Shown: in pieces, positions 40,773 to 51,482 of the stretch
How positions within the stretch are numbered: the stretch's first letter is position 1
Layout: each line of letters opens with the position of its first letter
DNA from: Acidimicrobiales bacterium
Lineage (GTDB): Bacteria > Actinomycetota > Acidimicrobiia > Acidimicrobiales > JBBRKR01
Length of the DNA: 64,000 nt
Assembly: GCA_038231795.1 (NCBI GenBank)
Contig: JBBRKR010000013.1
Span: 20,164-84,163, forward strand
Direction of reading: 5' to 3'
Notes under the pieces: model-generated
What the model was told of the DNA's origin: nothing
The model's database searches: none
What the model saw: the letters and a program-made list of their open reading frames with translations, nothing else
Translations under genes and position numbers: made by a program

Positions 40773-41564
40773 ATGGCATCGGGCAATCGGCTGGCCGGCA
40801 AAGTGGCCGTGATCACGGGAGGTGCTTCTGGTATTGGATGGGGTGTCGCTCAGCGGTATCTCGAAGAAGGCGCACGAGTTGTGTTGGGCGATCGCAATGA
40901 AGATCTGTTAGCCACCCGCGCATCGGCATTGGGTGACGACGGAATCACATGCACCGGCGAAGTTACCGACGAGGCCGATGTGGCCCGCCTCATCGAAGCA
41001 ACCATGACCCGCTTCGGGCGACTTGACATAGGTGTCAACTGCGCCGGATTGGGCACGTATGCTCCCATCCACGAGCAGACCGTCGAGCAATGGGACATGG
41101 TCCTCAACATCAATCTCAAGGGCGTATTTCTGTCCATCAAGCATGAGAGCAAAGCCATGCTGGCCGCAGGAAACGGTGGCGCAATCATCAACATCGCTTC
41201 GATAAATGCCCGCCAGCCAGCGCATGGCATGAGCGCCTATTGCGCAAGTAAAGCGGGCGTCGAAATGCTCACCCGAGTGGCAGCCATGGAGCTGGCACCG
41301 CACGGCATTCGGGTCACCGGCATTGGCCCAGGGCTCATCGATACGCCGCTCACCGCGTTCGGCGGCGTACCCGGAATCCGGGAAGAGTTTCTGGAAAACA
41401 TTCCCGCCGGACGCACAGGCCAACCCCTCGATATTGCTAACGCAGCGCTTTTCCTGGCCAGCGACGAAGCCACATTCGTCAACGGAGACACGCTCTTCGT
41501 GGATGGCGGAGAGCTCACCATGCGGTATCCCCAACTCAACAAATTGTTCGCAGCGCTCGCCTAG
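40773..41564 (+). CDS. SDR oxidoreductase
   Basis: TGGASGIG, NCAG and YCASK. Confidence 0.93.
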   Translation: MASGNRLAGKVAVITGGASGIGWGVAQRYLEEGARVVLGDRNEDLLATRASALGDDGITCTGEVTDEADVARLIEATMTRFGRLDIGVNCAGLGTYAPIHEQTVEQWDMVLNINLKGVFLSIKHESKAMLAAGNGGAIINIASINARQPAHGMSAYCASKAGVEMLTRVAAMELAPHGIRVTGIGPGLIDTPLTAFGGVPGIREEFLENIPAGRTGQPLDIANAALFLASDEATFVNGDTLFVDGGELTMRYPQLNKLFAALA

Positions 41565-41573
41565 TGGTCCACC

Positions 41574-42833
41574 GTGAGCGTTAGTAGTACGCCACTCGGG
41601 TCGGCCTATTGGCGCATGTGGACAGCGTCCACAATTTCGGCTCTCGGCGATGGCGCTTCGTTTACAGCGTTGCCGTTGTTGGCGGCATCGCTGTCGCGTG
41701 ATCCTCGATTGATTGGTGGATTAGCAACAGCATCGACGATCCCGTGGCTCGTGTTTTCTTTGCACGCCGGCGCCATCGTGGATCGCCATAACAAGCGGGT
41801 CATTGCCGCGGCAATGGACCTTATTCGAGGCGTGGTGACCATTGGCATCGTGATCTCAATTTGGGCCGACTGGGTACGAATCCCGTTGCTCTATGCCACA
41901 GCGCTTCTTATTGGATTCGCCGAAGTGCTCTTTGGCAACGCAGCCCAAGCGCTTCTTCCGTCGGTGGTCAAAGACCCTGCGTTGCTAGAAAAGGCCAACG
42001 GCTGGCAATACTCAGCCGAGGTCGTCGGTCGTCAATTCGTTGGTCCGCCACTGGGGTCATTCCTGTTCGCCGCCGCGGCCAGCGTGCCGTTCATAATTGA
42101 CGGTATCTCGTTCTTTGCTTCTGCGGCGCTCATTCTCACCATCAAGTTGGCGCCCAAACCTCCCGCACGGCCTGTCAACGAATCACCCGATTCTGCGAGC
42201 GGGCGACGGTCAATGGGGGCAGAAATTGCTGAGGGGCTGCGGTGGCTCTTTCGTCACCGTTTGTTGCGCACATTGGCCATCTGCCTGGGCATCATGAATT
42301 TGTGCTCGACGGGAGCAGGCGCTCTGTTGGTTTTGCTGGCCCAAGAGCGCTTGCAACTCACCAACAAGGGATTCGGCGTGATGTTGGCCGCTGCTGCGGT
42401 GGGAGCGGTACTCGGCGGCGTTGTCGGCGACCGAGTCAGCAAATACTTCGGGCAAGGACGAACGCTTGTGCTCGCCGCTGTATTCGAAGGCGGCCAATTC
42501 ATCGTGCTCGGACTCACCCATAGTCCTGTTGTGGCCGTGGCCGCCATGGCCGTAGCCGGCTTCACGGGCACAAGTTGGAACGTGGTCACAGTGTCACTTC
42601 GTCAACAAATTATTCCCGACCACCTTTTCGGGCGCGTCAATTCGGCGTACCGGCTTTTTGGTCTCGGCATGATGCCGATTGGCGGCGTCGTCGGAGGCCT
42701 TATTGCCCACCGGTACGGACTCAACATTCCTTTTATTATTTTGGGTGGCGTGATCGTGGCCGAAATGATTCCTATTGGCCTCATTGCATCCGATACGGCA
42801 ATCGCTGAGGCCAGAGCGTCAGGCGGCGCTTGA
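41574..42833 (+). CDS. MFS transporter
   Basis: About 12 TM segments, GAIVDRHNKR and GRVNSAYR. Confidence 0.92.
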   Translation: MSVSSTPLGSAYWRMWTASTISALGDGASFTALPLLAASLSRDPRLIGGLATASTIPWLVFSLHAGAIVDRHNKRVIAAAMDLIRGVVTIGIVISIWADWVRIPLLYATALLIGFAEVLFGNAAQALLPSVVKDPALLEKANGWQYSAEVVGRQFVGPPLGSFLFAAAASVPFIIDGISFFASAALILTIKLAPKPPARPVNESPDSASGRRSMGAEIAEGLRWLFRHRLLRTLAICLGIMNLCSTGAGALLVLLAQERLQLTNKGFGVMLAAAAVGAVLGGVVGDRVSKYFGQGRTLVLAAVFEGGQFIVLGLTHSPVVAVAAMAVAGFTGTSWNVVTVSLRQQIIPDHLFGRVNSAYRLFGLGMMPIGGVVGGLIAHRYGLNIPFIILGGVIVAEMIPIGLIASDTAIAEARASGGA

Positions 42834-43589
42834 CACTCCAGCGCCGCCATCGATTACGTAGGTTTCGCCCGTGATCCACGATGCTTTGTCGCTCACCAGA
42901 AACACGGCCAGGTTGGCAATGTCTTGAGGGACGCCGAGGCGCTTCGTCGGCAGCCGCCTGGCCAACGTCTCACCAAAATTATCCACCAGCACTTTGGCGA
43001 AATCGGTCTGCACAAGCCCCGGCGCAATGCCCACCACTCGTGCCGTAGGACCAAGTTCGGAAGCAAGCTGGCGAGTCATGTGAATCAGCGCAGCCTTCGT
43101 GAGGTTGTACACCCCGAGAGCACCTTCTGCTCGCAGGCCGCCAACTGACGCAATGTTGAGCACAGCCTTACCGGAACCGCCCTTGAAACCGTGCTCCCAT
43201 GCGGCTTTCGTCCAAAACAACGGACCCCGCAAGTTCACCTGAAAAGTCTTGTCGTAACGCGATTCATCGACCCCGAGAGTAGGACCGTAATACGGGTTGG
43301 TGGCTGCGTTGTTGACCAGAATGTCAATGGCCCCAAACCGCTCAATCGTGGCCGCCATCACGGCCTGCCCAGCCTCTGGCTCGCCGGCGTTGGCAGCCAT
43401 CACATGAAGCAACTCGGCATCCACACCGGCGGCGATGATTTCTTCACGGGTGGCCTCAAGGGCCTCCTGCTTGCGAGACACCATCATCACGTGGGCGCCC
43501 GCCTCTGCGAAGGAGTGGGCAATGGCCTGACCGATGCCCCGTGATGCTCCAGTGACCACAGCCACTTTGTTGTCGAGACGAATTTCCAC
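42819..43589 (-). CDS. SDR oxidoreductase
   Basis: TGASRGIG, NNAATNP and YNLTK. Confidence 0.93.
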   Translation of the reverse strand: MEIRLDNKVAVVTGASRGIGQAIAHSFAEAGAHVMMVSRKQEALEATREEIIAAGVDAELLHVMAANAGEPEAGQAVMAATIERFGAIDILVNNAATNPYYGPTLGVDESRYDKTFQVNLRGPLFWTKAAWEHGFKGGSGKAVLNIASVGGLRAEGALGVYNLTKAALIHMTRQLASELGPTARVVGIAPGLVQTDFAKVLVDNFGETLARRLPTKRLGVPQDIANLAVFLVSDKASWITGETYVIDGGAGVSSAA

Positions 43590-43610
43590 GCGTAGAACCC
43601 CTTGGTTGAA

Positions 43611-44870
43611 CTAGATCCGAAACGACGAAACGTAGGCGGTTTCGCTGTGCAATGCGAGATCGAGGCCTTGCGCTTCGTCGTCGGCAGACACCCGCATTCC
43701 CAACGTCTTGTCAATCACGACGGCCAATAAGTAGCTGACAGTACCCGAGAACAGCAACGTGGCGCCGACAGCTATGAGCTGGTTGGACATGAGCTTGAAC
43801 CCGCCACCAAAGAACATCCCGTCGTGACCGCCTGCATTAATACGTCGGTCGGCAAACAACCCCAAAAGCAGCGATCCCAGTACGCCGCCCACGAGGTGCA
43901 CGCCGATCACATCGAGGGAATCGTCGTACCCGAATTTCGACTTCAAACTCACGGCCAACAAGCAGATACCACCAGTTATGAAACCAATGGCAATTGGCGC
44001 CATCCCGCCGACGTATCCTGCGCACGGCGTGATAGCCACCAACCCAGCCACTGCACCCGATGCCGCACCAAGCGTGGTGGCGTGACCGGTCTTCAGTTTC
44101 TCTACCAATAGCCAACCCAACATGCCAGCGGCGGCAGCCAGGTGGGTATTGAGAAAGGCCTGGGCCGCAATACCGTTGGCACCCAACGAGCTACCGGCGT
44201 TGAAGCCAAACCAGCCAAACCAAAGGATTCCCGTACCCAGCAACGTAAAGGGCAAATTGTGAGGCAGCATGGCCTCGTGGGGCCAACCTCGACGCTTACC
44301 TAATACGAGCACAACCATCAACGCCGCAATGCCGGCATTCACATGCACCACCGTGCCACCTGCGAAGTCGAGCGCCCCCCGCTTGTACAACCAACCGTTC
44401 GGGCTGAACACCCAATGGGCAATTGTCGAGTACACCAGGATCGACCATACGCCGATAAACACGGCGTACGCCGAAAATTTCCACCTATCTGCAGTCGCAC
44501 CCGTGATGAGTGCGGGCGTGATGACAGCAAACATCATTTGGTAGGCCACGAAGGCCAACGGGGCAACTGTCAGAGCGCTGCCAAAGCCGGGAATCTCAGC
44601 GCCACTGCGAAACAGACCCTTCAGGCCTGCCAGCGAGAGGTCCCCAATCCAACTATTCTTGCCGCCGAAGGCCAGCGAAAACCCCGCAATCGCCCACAAC
44701 ACGCTGATTAGCCCCATGGCAAAGAAGTTTTGCATCAGCATGGCAAGCACATTTTTTCCCCGCACCATGCCGCCGTAGAACAGCGCCAATCCTGGCGTCA
44801 TAAACAACACCAGCGCGGCGGCGATAAGCACCCACGCCGTATCAGCTCCGGAAATGATTGCAACCATCAT
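43611..44870 (-). CDS. amtB: Ammonium transporter
   Basis: [28 protein letters not shown] and [10 protein letters not shown] (twin His). GAGGGG Shine-Dalgarno before ATG 44870. Confidence 0.96.
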   Translation of the reverse strand: MMVAIISGADTAWVLIAAALVLFMTPGLALFYGGMVRGKNVLAMLMQNFFAMGLISVLWAIAGFSLAFGGKNSWIGDLSLAGLKGLFRSGAEIPGFGSALTVAPLAFVAYQMMFAVITPALITGATADRWKFSAYAVFIGVWSILVYSTIAHWVFSPNGWLYKRGALDFAGGTVVHVNAGIAALMVVLVLGKRRGWPHEAMLPHNLPFTLLGTGILWFGWFGFNAGSSLGANGIAAQAFLNTHLAAAAGMLGWLLVEKLKTGHATTLGAASGAVAGLVAITPCAGYVGGMAPIAIGFITGGICLLAVSLKSKFGYDDSLDVIGVHLVGGVLGSLLLGLFADRRINAGGHDGMFFGGGFKLMSNQLIAVGATLLFSGTVSYLLAVVIDKTLGMRVSADDEAQGLDLALHSETAYVSSFRI

Positions 44871-44962
44871 GCTTGGCCCCCTCAAGGCAACTCGACGGAC
44901 GGCGTATCCACAACCCAGCAGCGGAAACGGGCCTCCAAAACTCCTCGGCGTACCATAGCTGT

Positions 44963-46966
44963 ATGACCCATCAGAATCGGCTAGCGCTCGAGTCTTCGCC
45001 CTATTTACGTCAGCACGCCGATAACCCCGTTGACTGGTATCCATGGGGCCCAGAAGCGTTCGCCGCCGCCAGCGCCGCCGATAAGCCGATCCTGCTGAGC
45101 GTGGGATATTCGGCGTGCCATTGGTGCCATGTGATGGCCCATGAGTCGTTCGAAAATGATGCCGTAGCCGGCGTGATGAACGATCTATTCGTCAACATAA
45201 AAGTCGACAGGGAAGAACGCCCAGATGTCGACGCCATCTACATGGAAGCCGTCCAAGCCATTGCCGGCCGCGGCGGATGGCCCATGACCGTGTTCATGTC
45301 ACCAGAAGGCAAGCCCTTCTACGGAGGCACCTATTACAGGCCGGAGCAATTCGTGCAGTTGCTCAAGGCCGTCGACGACGCGTGGCATACAAAGCGTGAC
45401 GAACTCGACGAGCAAGCCCGGCAACTCACCGATGTGATGGGGCGTCTCAACAAAGAACTGACAGCCGCAGAGGACCTGCCGACCATGGCAGTTGTCGACA
45501 AGGCAATCACGTCACTATTTGATCAGTTTGATCCCGAATGGGGTGGCTTTGGCGGGGCACCAAAATTCCCCTCGACCATGAGCATCGATGCCGTGCTTCG
45601 GGCATGGAAACGCACGCAACGCGCCAATGTATTGCGAATTGCAACCACCACGCTTGATGCCATGGCGGCCGGCGGCATCTACGACCACTTGGGCGGCGGG
45701 TTTGCTCGATATTCCGTCGACCGCGAATGGTTGGTGCCCCATTTCGAAAAGATGTTGTACGACCAAGCCCTCTTGGCCCGCGTGTACCTCCATGTTTGGC
45801 AAGCCACAGGTGAAGCACGGTTTTTGCAGACGGCTACCGAAACAATCGACTACGTCCTCACCGATCTTACCCACCCAGCTGGCGGCTGGTTCTCCGCCGA
45901 AGATGCCGATTCCGAAGGGGTGGAGGGCAAGTTTTACGTGTGGACGCCCGCCCAAATTCGTGAGGTGCTCGACGCCGATACTGCCTCCGAAGCAATAGCC
46001 TTTTGGGGGGTCAGTGATCATGGCAATTTCGAAGAAAGCAACATCCTGAATCGAATGCACGCCAGGGGTGACCTGGCCCGTCCTGAGCACATCGAACGAG
46101 CTCGCGTTGCCCTGCTCGAAGCCCGTTCCCATCGCATCCGCCCTGGGCTCGACGACAAGGTGCTCACAGAGTGGAACGGTCTATTTCTGGCCACTTTGGC
46201 CGAAGCGGCACGTGTCACTGGCAATGCGGCCTGGTTGGCCGCTGCGCAGCGAAATGCCGAATTCCTGTTGACCAATTTGCGACGATCAGATGGCCGATGG
46301 ATGCGGAGCTGGCAGCAAGCCGGCGACAGCGCCGGCAGAGCTCAGCATCTGGCGTATGCCAGCGACTACGCCAATCTGATCGATGCCTTCACGCGACTTT
46401 TCGAGGCCACGGGCCTGACCCGATGGCTCGACGAAGCTTCTGTGGTCGCCGATCAGCTCGTGGAGTTGTTCTGGGACGCCGATAAGGGTGGCGTGTTTAC
46501 TACCGGCGACGACGCCGAATCGCTGGTGAGCAGGCCGAAAGACATCATGGACAACGCTGTGCCATCGGCCAATTCGGTGGCCGCCACCGCATTTTTGCGT
46601 CTGGCTGCGTTGCGGGGAGAGGCGCGATATGGCGAATTTGCCGACCAGATCATGCGCCTCACCGCCAACGTCGCCGCCCAGCACCCGACGGCGTTTTCAC
46701 AACTGTTGACAGCAATCGAACTACGCCAATTAGGAACAATCGAGGTGGTGATTCCGGGGTCGGATGATGCAGGGGCCGCGCTACGCGAAGCAGCCAATTC
46801 GATGTACCTTCCGTCTATGGTTTTGGCGTGGGGCGACTCCCCAAATTCGGCGTTGTTCGACAATCGTGTGGCAGGTCATGCCTACGTGTGTCGCGACAAC
46901 GTTTGCGATTTGCCGACCAATTCCGCACCTCAACTCACTACCCAACTTCAGGAAGTCACATCATGA
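44963..46966 (+). CDS. YyaL/SPATA20-like protein (thioredoxin domain plus alpha/alpha barrel)
   Basis: [34 protein letters not shown] and PHFEKMLYD. Confidence 0.94.
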   Translation: MTHQNRLALESSPYLRQHADNPVDWYPWGPEAFAAASAADKPILLSVGYSACHWCHVMAHESFENDAVAGVMNDLFVNIKVDREERPDVDAIYMEAVQAIAGRGGWPMTVFMSPEGKPFYGGTYYRPEQFVQLLKAVDDAWHTKRDELDEQARQLTDVMGRLNKELTAAEDLPTMAVVDKAITSLFDQFDPEWGGFGGAPKFPSTMSIDAVLRAWKRTQRANVLRIATTTLDAMAAGGIYDHLGGGFARYSVDREWLVPHFEKMLYDQALLARVYLHVWQATGEARFLQTATETIDYVLTDLTHPAGGWFSAEDADSEGVEGKFYVWTPAQIREVLDADTASEAIAFWGVSDHGNFEESNILNRMHARGDLARPEHIERARVALLEARSHRIRPGLDDKVLTEWNGLFLATLAEAARVTGNAAWLAAAQRNAEFLLTNLRRSDGRWMRSWQQAGDSAGRAQHLAYASDYANLIDAFTRLFEATGLTRWLDEASVVADQLVELFWDADKGGVFTTGDDAESLVSRPKDIMDNAVPSANSVAATAFLRLAALRGEARYGEFADQIMRLTANVAAQHPTAFSQLLTAIELRQLGTIEVVIPGSDDAGAALREAANSMYLPSMVLAWGDSPNSALFDNRVAGHAYVCRDNVCDLPTNSAPQLTTQLQEVTS

Positions 46967-47484
46967 AACGAATGGCTACGTTGTTTGCTTTAGGAATTTT
47001 CCTTCCTCTTGTCGCTGCTGGGTGCACGTCAGAGAAGGCGACTGTCAGCTCAACCGCAGTGGCAAGTACAACCACTGTTGGTGGCTCGACGACGTCGTCT
47101 GGCGCCACGATCACCAGCACAGTGCCTCCTGGAGCCGCCACCGACAAATTTTGCATTGCCTGGAAGGCTGCATCCGATTTTCAAAAGTCTGAAGTCGACC
47201 TGACTACTGGTAAGGGGCCTAAGGACTTTGACACTTTCAAGGCCGCGTTGACGACCAAACTCGACGCCATGGTGGCTGCTGCTCCGACCGAGTTCCAGAG
47301 TGGCCTCAAGCAGATTCACAAGATTGCGCTTCTAGAACTCGACATCATTAAGAAACACAACTACAAGCGAGTAGATGTACTCAATGACCCCGAATACCGG
47401 CGAGTGTCAACAAATATCAGCCCTCAAGTCAAGCGCGCCGAAAAAGATATCGGCGCATATCAAAAAACTACCTGTGGCGCATAA
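46963..47484 (+). CDS. Putative lipoprotein
   Basis: Signal peptide with LVAAG-C lipobox, Ser/Thr-rich linker and a Cys pair. ATGA overlap. Confidence 0.8.
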   Translation: MKRMATLFALGIFLPLVAAGCTSEKATVSSTAVASTTTVGGSTTSSGATITSTVPPGAATDKFCIAWKAASDFQKSEVDLTTGKGPKDFDTFKAALTTKLDAMVAAAPTEFQSGLKQIHKIALLELDIIKKHNYKRVDVLNDPEYRRVSTNISPQVKRAEKDIGAYQKTTCGA

Positions 47485-47514
47485 CTGTTTGGCCCTCTGG
47501 CCTCAAGAGAGGCG

Positions 47515-48099
47515 CTACCAGACGTCGATATGAATTGACTCGCCAGCAGGCCTCCGCTGTCGTGTGGCGGCCGATCCCGTGACCTCGTCATTGGCGGGGA
47601 TGCCAAATACCAACGGCCCGCTACACCGCCGATCGGGCGGCACGCCAAACGCCTCAAGCACAGCAGCCTCATTGGTGCCCAACGTGTAGAGCAACGCTCC
47701 CACGCCCTCGTTAGCAGCTGCCAGCAACATAGCCATCGCTGCCGCTCCAGCATCCACCCACCAATACGGCACGGCCCACCCATCTTGTGTACCCATGCCG
47801 GTATGGGCCTTGTCGGCCTGTTGATAACGGCGAAGATATGCCTCGGGGTCCACAATCGGCAGCACTACGAGCGATGCGTTGGCCATACCCGGTTGACCCC
47901 ACGTCTCGGGTTCCGTGATCTCGAAATATTTGTGCCGCGAATCCCCTCGCAACACCAACAGTTCGAGGCCTTGGGCAAAACCTGCCGAAGGGCCTCGCAA
48001 CCCTGCCTTGACAATGCGGCCTGCTACTTCGTCGGTTAGTTCGACGTCGAGAAAATCGCGGTGCATCCTCCGAGCGGCGAGTGCGTCAGCAAATTCCAC
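47515..48099 (-). CDS. Nitroreductase-family protein
   Basis: RRMHRDF, GPSAGFAQG and YWWVDAG...LLAAANEGVGA. Confidence 0.9.
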   Translation of the reverse strand: MEFADALAARRMHRDFLDVELTDEVAGRIVKAGLRGPSAGFAQGLELLVLRGDSRHKYFEITEPETWGQPGMANASLVVLPIVDPEAYLRRYQQADKAHTGMGTQDGWAVPYWWVDAGAAAMAMLLAAANEGVGALLYTLGTNEAAVLEAFGVPPDRRCSGPLVFGIPANDEVTGSAATRQRRPAGESIHIDVW

Positions 48100-48123
48100 T
48101 ATTTGAGCGCCAGCGCCAACATC

Positions 48124-48798
48124 TCAGCCGACGTTGTTGCTGCCGAGCTTCACCAAATCGTCGGCAGTAACCCAGCCACATGCCACTAGGCAGTCGCCGC
48201 GATCCACATCAATTCCCTCAAACATCGGAAGGAGTTCCGCTGGAGCGGCCTTTACACCTTCGTGGTCGAACAGACGTGTGGTGCCACCGGTACCGGTGAG
48301 ACGGAATGAACGCTCGTCGTATGCGCCTTTGGTCTCGAAGCGCTTGATGAGACGACGGCCCCACGCTCGCTCTTCACCTGTCGGGGTGTAGCCCGGACGA
48401 GGCACAATATCGACGAGACCCTTGAACGTTTCGAAGCCGCCCGGGAAGCTGAAATGCGATCCCACGAGAACATCTTCATCAGGGAATGCCATGAGCGCTC
48501 GTCGATACAGCGACCCCATGATCGTTTTTATGACGGCATCTCGCTGCTTGGTGCGCTTGATCGAACCCAGGCCGAGCATCACACTCGGCGTACCGCCAAT
48601 GCGCTCCAGCGTTGTGAAAACGAAACCGTGCAATTTGCCATCGATGCGTGCTTGAGTCACAAGGACCCAGTCTTCGCAGGCTTTCGCCAAAATGCCGAAA
48701 TCAAATGCCACGCTGCAAGCGGCCGACAAATCGCCCATCTCGCCTAACTCGGCATCTGATAAATGTGTGCAATCCTTAGTTTCGACTTCTACTGTCAT
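48124..48798 (-). CDS. Hypothetical protein (possible GNAT-like fold)
   Basis: 224-aa ORF with AAGGGA Shine-Dalgarno and an upstream TAGAAT. No family motif confidently recognised. Confidence 0.75.
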   Translation of the reverse strand: MTVEVETKDCTHLSDAELGEMGDLSAACSVAFDFGILAKACEDWVLVTQARIDGKLHGFVFTTLERIGGTPSVMLGLGSIKRTKQRDAVIKTIMGSLYRRALMAFPDEDVLVGSHFSFPGGFETFKGLVDIVPRPGYTPTGEERAWGRRLIKRFETKGAYDERSFRLTGTGGTTRLFDHEGVKAAPAELLPMFEGIDVDRGDCLVACGWVTADDLVKLGSNNVG

Positions 48799-48925
48799 CG
48801 AAAAGTCCCTTGCACCCGAGCTTGACTACCCCATGTACACAATGCCACGGCAGGGATTCTAGCCGTCACTCGTCACAAGTCAGGAGTGCAGCGCAAACGA
48901 ACCGACCCCAAGGCAGCGAAACGAC

Positions 48926-50179
48926 TTAGGGGTACGGCGTGAAACGAGCGCACAGCTCAGCAACTTCGGCGCGCACAGATGCGGCGACGGCAGCGTCGAC
49001 CACGTTGTTCGTCATCGCTCGCAAGACACGAACGATAAGGTCAGCAATGGTCTGCATTTCGGCCGCGCCCATGCCTTGCGTGGTAACTCCAGCGGTGCCA
49101 ATTCGCAGCCCCGAACCCTGAAATGCCGACCGAGGATCGTCGGGAATGGTGTTGAAGTTCAATGTAATGCCTGCGCTATCGAGAGCCTCCTGCGCGGCAC
49201 GACCTTTGATTTCGGGGTCAATGGAGCGTAAGTCGACGAGCATGAGGTGGTTCTGGGTACCGCCAGAAACCAGGCGCACACCGTGGCGCGTGAGGGCACC
49301 AGCCAGCGCAGAACTATTAGCAATAATTGCTTTGGCGTATTCCCGAAATTCCGGTTGCGACGCCTCATGGAATGCCACGGCCTTAGCCGCAATCACGTGT
49401 TCGAGTGGACCGCCTTGAGCTCCGGGAAACACTGCCTTGTCGATAGCGACAGCATGCTCGCTGCGGCACACGATGCAGCCCGACCTGGGGCCGCGCAACG
49501 TCTTATGGGTTGTGAACGTCATCACGTCTGCGTAAGGAACAGGGTTGGGGTGTACGCCACCAGCAATCAAGCCAGCGATGTGTGCTGCGTCAAACATCAG
49601 CAAGGCGCCGATTTCGTCGGCAATGTCGCGAAACGGCTTGGGGTCGATAATTCGCGGGTAGGCAGTCGCCCCACAAATGATCAGTTTCGGTTTGTGTTCG
49701 AGCGCCAGCTCGCGCACGTTATCCATATCGATGCGCTCGTCACTTTTGGTGACGCCATAGCTCACAAAGTCGTACAGGCGACCAGAAAAGTTCACAGGCG
49801 ACCCGTGAGTGAGATGGCCTCCATGATCAAGACGCATACCCATCACCTTGTCGCCAGGCTGAATCAACGCCAGGAACACGGCCAGATTGGCGCTAGCCCC
49901 CGAGTGAGGTTGAACGTTGGCGTGTTCCGCCCCGAAGAGTTGCTTCACCCGTTCCCGAGCCAGATCTTCGACCTGATCCACGATGGCATTTCCGCCGTAG
50001 TAGCGCGTGCCCGGATACCCCTCTGAGTACTTGTTGGTCAACGAGCTACCCGTGGCTCGCATCACCGCCGGCGACGTGAAATTCTCGCTCGCAATGAGTT
50101 GGAGCGTGGTGTTTTGACGGTGCGTTTCCGCGGCAATTAAATCGTCAATGACGTGATCGTTATCTTGTGGCCAGGGCAT
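48926..50179 (-). CDS. glyA: Serine hydroxymethyltransferase
   Basis: [22 protein letters not shown] and TTHKTLRGP. Confidence 0.98.
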   Translation of the reverse strand: MPWPQDNDHVIDDLIAAETHRQNTTLQLIASENFTSPAVMRATGSSLTNKYSEGYPGTRYYGGNAIVDQVEDLARERVKQLFGAEHANVQPHSGASANLAVFLALIQPGDKVMGMRLDHGGHLTHGSPVNFSGRLYDFVSYGVTKSDERIDMDNVRELALEHKPKLIICGATAYPRIIDPKPFRDIADEIGALLMFDAAHIAGLIAGGVHPNPVPYADVMTFTTHKTLRGPRSGCIVCRSEHAVAIDKAVFPGAQGGPLEHVIAAKAVAFHEASQPEFREYAKAIIANSSALAGALTRHGVRLVSGGTQNHLMLVDLRSIDPEIKGRAAQEALDSAGITLNFNTIPDDPRSAFQGSGLRIGTAGVTTQGMGAAEMQTIADLIVRVLRAMTNNVVDAAVAASVRAEVAELCARFTPYP

Positions 50180-50183
50180 AGGG

Positions 50184-50648
50184 TCAGTGTACGGTTTCCA
50201 ACGCCATCAATTGAGCCACTCGACGGGCATGGCGGCTGGGCTGGCCATTGACGTCGACGCCCTCAAATGGGGTCGCCAACCACAGGGCCACAATCTCTTC
50301 TGCGAGCCCCAGGCCAACCACTCGAGCGCCTATCGATAGCACATTGGCATCGTTGTGTTCCCTACTCAATCGAGCGGTGTACAGGTCGTTGCACAACGCG
50401 GCGCGCACGCCGTGCACCTTGTTAGCGGCCAACTGTTCTCCTTGGCCAGATCCCCCCATCACCAGCCCACAATCCGCTTCGCCATCGCGAACCGCAACAC
50501 CTACGGCTGCACAAAATTCGGGATAGTCGCACGGCTCGCTGGAGTGTGTCCCCATATCCACGGCCTCATGACCCAAGTTGGCCAGAAAGCCTACGAGGTG
50601 TTGTTTGAGATCGAATCCAGCGTGGTCACTTCCGATGGCGATGCGCAT
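50184..50648 (-). CDS. rpiB: Ribose-5-phosphate isomerase B
   Basis: IGSDHAG, GGSGQGE (actinobacterial Glu type), ANKV.GVRAAL and HNDAN. TACAGT lies 6 nt before ATG 50648. Confidence 0.94.
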   Translation of the reverse strand: MRIAIGSDHAGFDLKQHLVGFLANLGHEAVDMGTHSSEPCDYPEFCAAVGVAVRDGEADCGLVMGGSGQGEQLAANKVHGVRAALCNDLYTARLSREHNDANVLSIGARVVGLGLAEEIVALWLATPFEGVDVNGQPSRHARRVAQLMALETVH

Positions 50649-50674
50649 GGCCCAACTGTATGCGCCGGTTGGAG

Positions 50675-51442
50675 CTACCTCCGAACAGGGCCCGTCAAAA
50701 GCTGATAGCGAGCTACCACACACACCAAAAATGGTTCTGGCGCAACCTGAGGCGGAGGCGTGTGACGGATCACTGCCGCAGCATTGTTGGCGATCTTGCG
50801 AGCCAGCGCGGCGCGAGGTCCTGGTTTGAGATCAAAAAGTCGCAAGAGGTAGTTCCGAATGAGTTGATACTGCGCGGGAGTGATGGCGCTCACGTCGAGT
50901 GTGGCGGCATACGACTCCAACCCGGGTGGCGCACTAAATGCTCTGGCGAAGGCGAACGAATGGCCGTGGCGTTCATTGAGCACGACGGTATTGGCCACCA
51001 GATCACCCAGCCGTTGGTGCAATGGCGACGTCAAAATGCTGGCGGCGCCAGCCAGCGGACCAATGGGTACTGTGAGATCAACAATGGCCATGAAGCTACG
51101 AATGAGCGACTGACGAAACTTAAGCGGACTGCCATCAATAGTGACCGTACGCAATCCCATTGCTGCCTTGCCGATCGTGCGGCCTCCCATCTTCATTTCG
51201 CACACGATTGGATACCCGAACGTGACGAGAAAAATGGCCACATACAAGAAGGCGAGTTCGACTCCGGTCCGCGATCCGGTAACGATCAGACCACCGACCA
51301 GCGCTCCTGCCACCAACAACATGAAACCCTGCACAAATGTGTCAATGAAACGAGCCAAAATTCGTGACGATAATCCAGCGGTGTCGAAATCGATGACGGC
51401 GCCCTCGGGAGTCACATTGACGAACGCAGGTGCGACGGGCAT
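50675..51442 (-). CDS. RDD-family membrane protein
   Basis: TPEG, RILARFID, GRTIGK..MGLR and QRLGDLVA.T.V. Confidence 0.92.
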   Translation of the reverse strand: MPVAPAFVNVTPEGAVIDFDTAGLSSRILARFIDTFVQGFMLLVAGALVGGLIVTGSRTGVELAFLYVAIFLVTFGYPIVCEMKMGGRTIGKAAMGLRTVTIDGSPLKFRQSLIRSFMAIVDLTVPIGPLAGAASILTSPLHQRLGDLVANTVVLNERHGHSFAFARAFSAPPGLESYAATLDVSAITPAQYQLIRNYLLRLFDLKPGPRAALARKIANNAAAVIRHTPPPQVAPEPFLVCVVARYQLLTGPVRR

Positions 51443-51482
51443 ACGTGGCCACACTACCTGGCATTTGTAACCTACTAACGAT

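Noticed and set aside
44880..44930. GlnR-like boxes upstream of amtB (GCAAC, GTATC, GAAAC)
   Set aside because: The pentamers lack the required 6-nt spacing and 11-bp periodicity.
48799..48925. Riboswitch in the 127-bp gap beside glyA
   Set aside because: The gap is downstream of glyA and I saw no aptamer-like structure. A promoter and leader for the next gene explain it.
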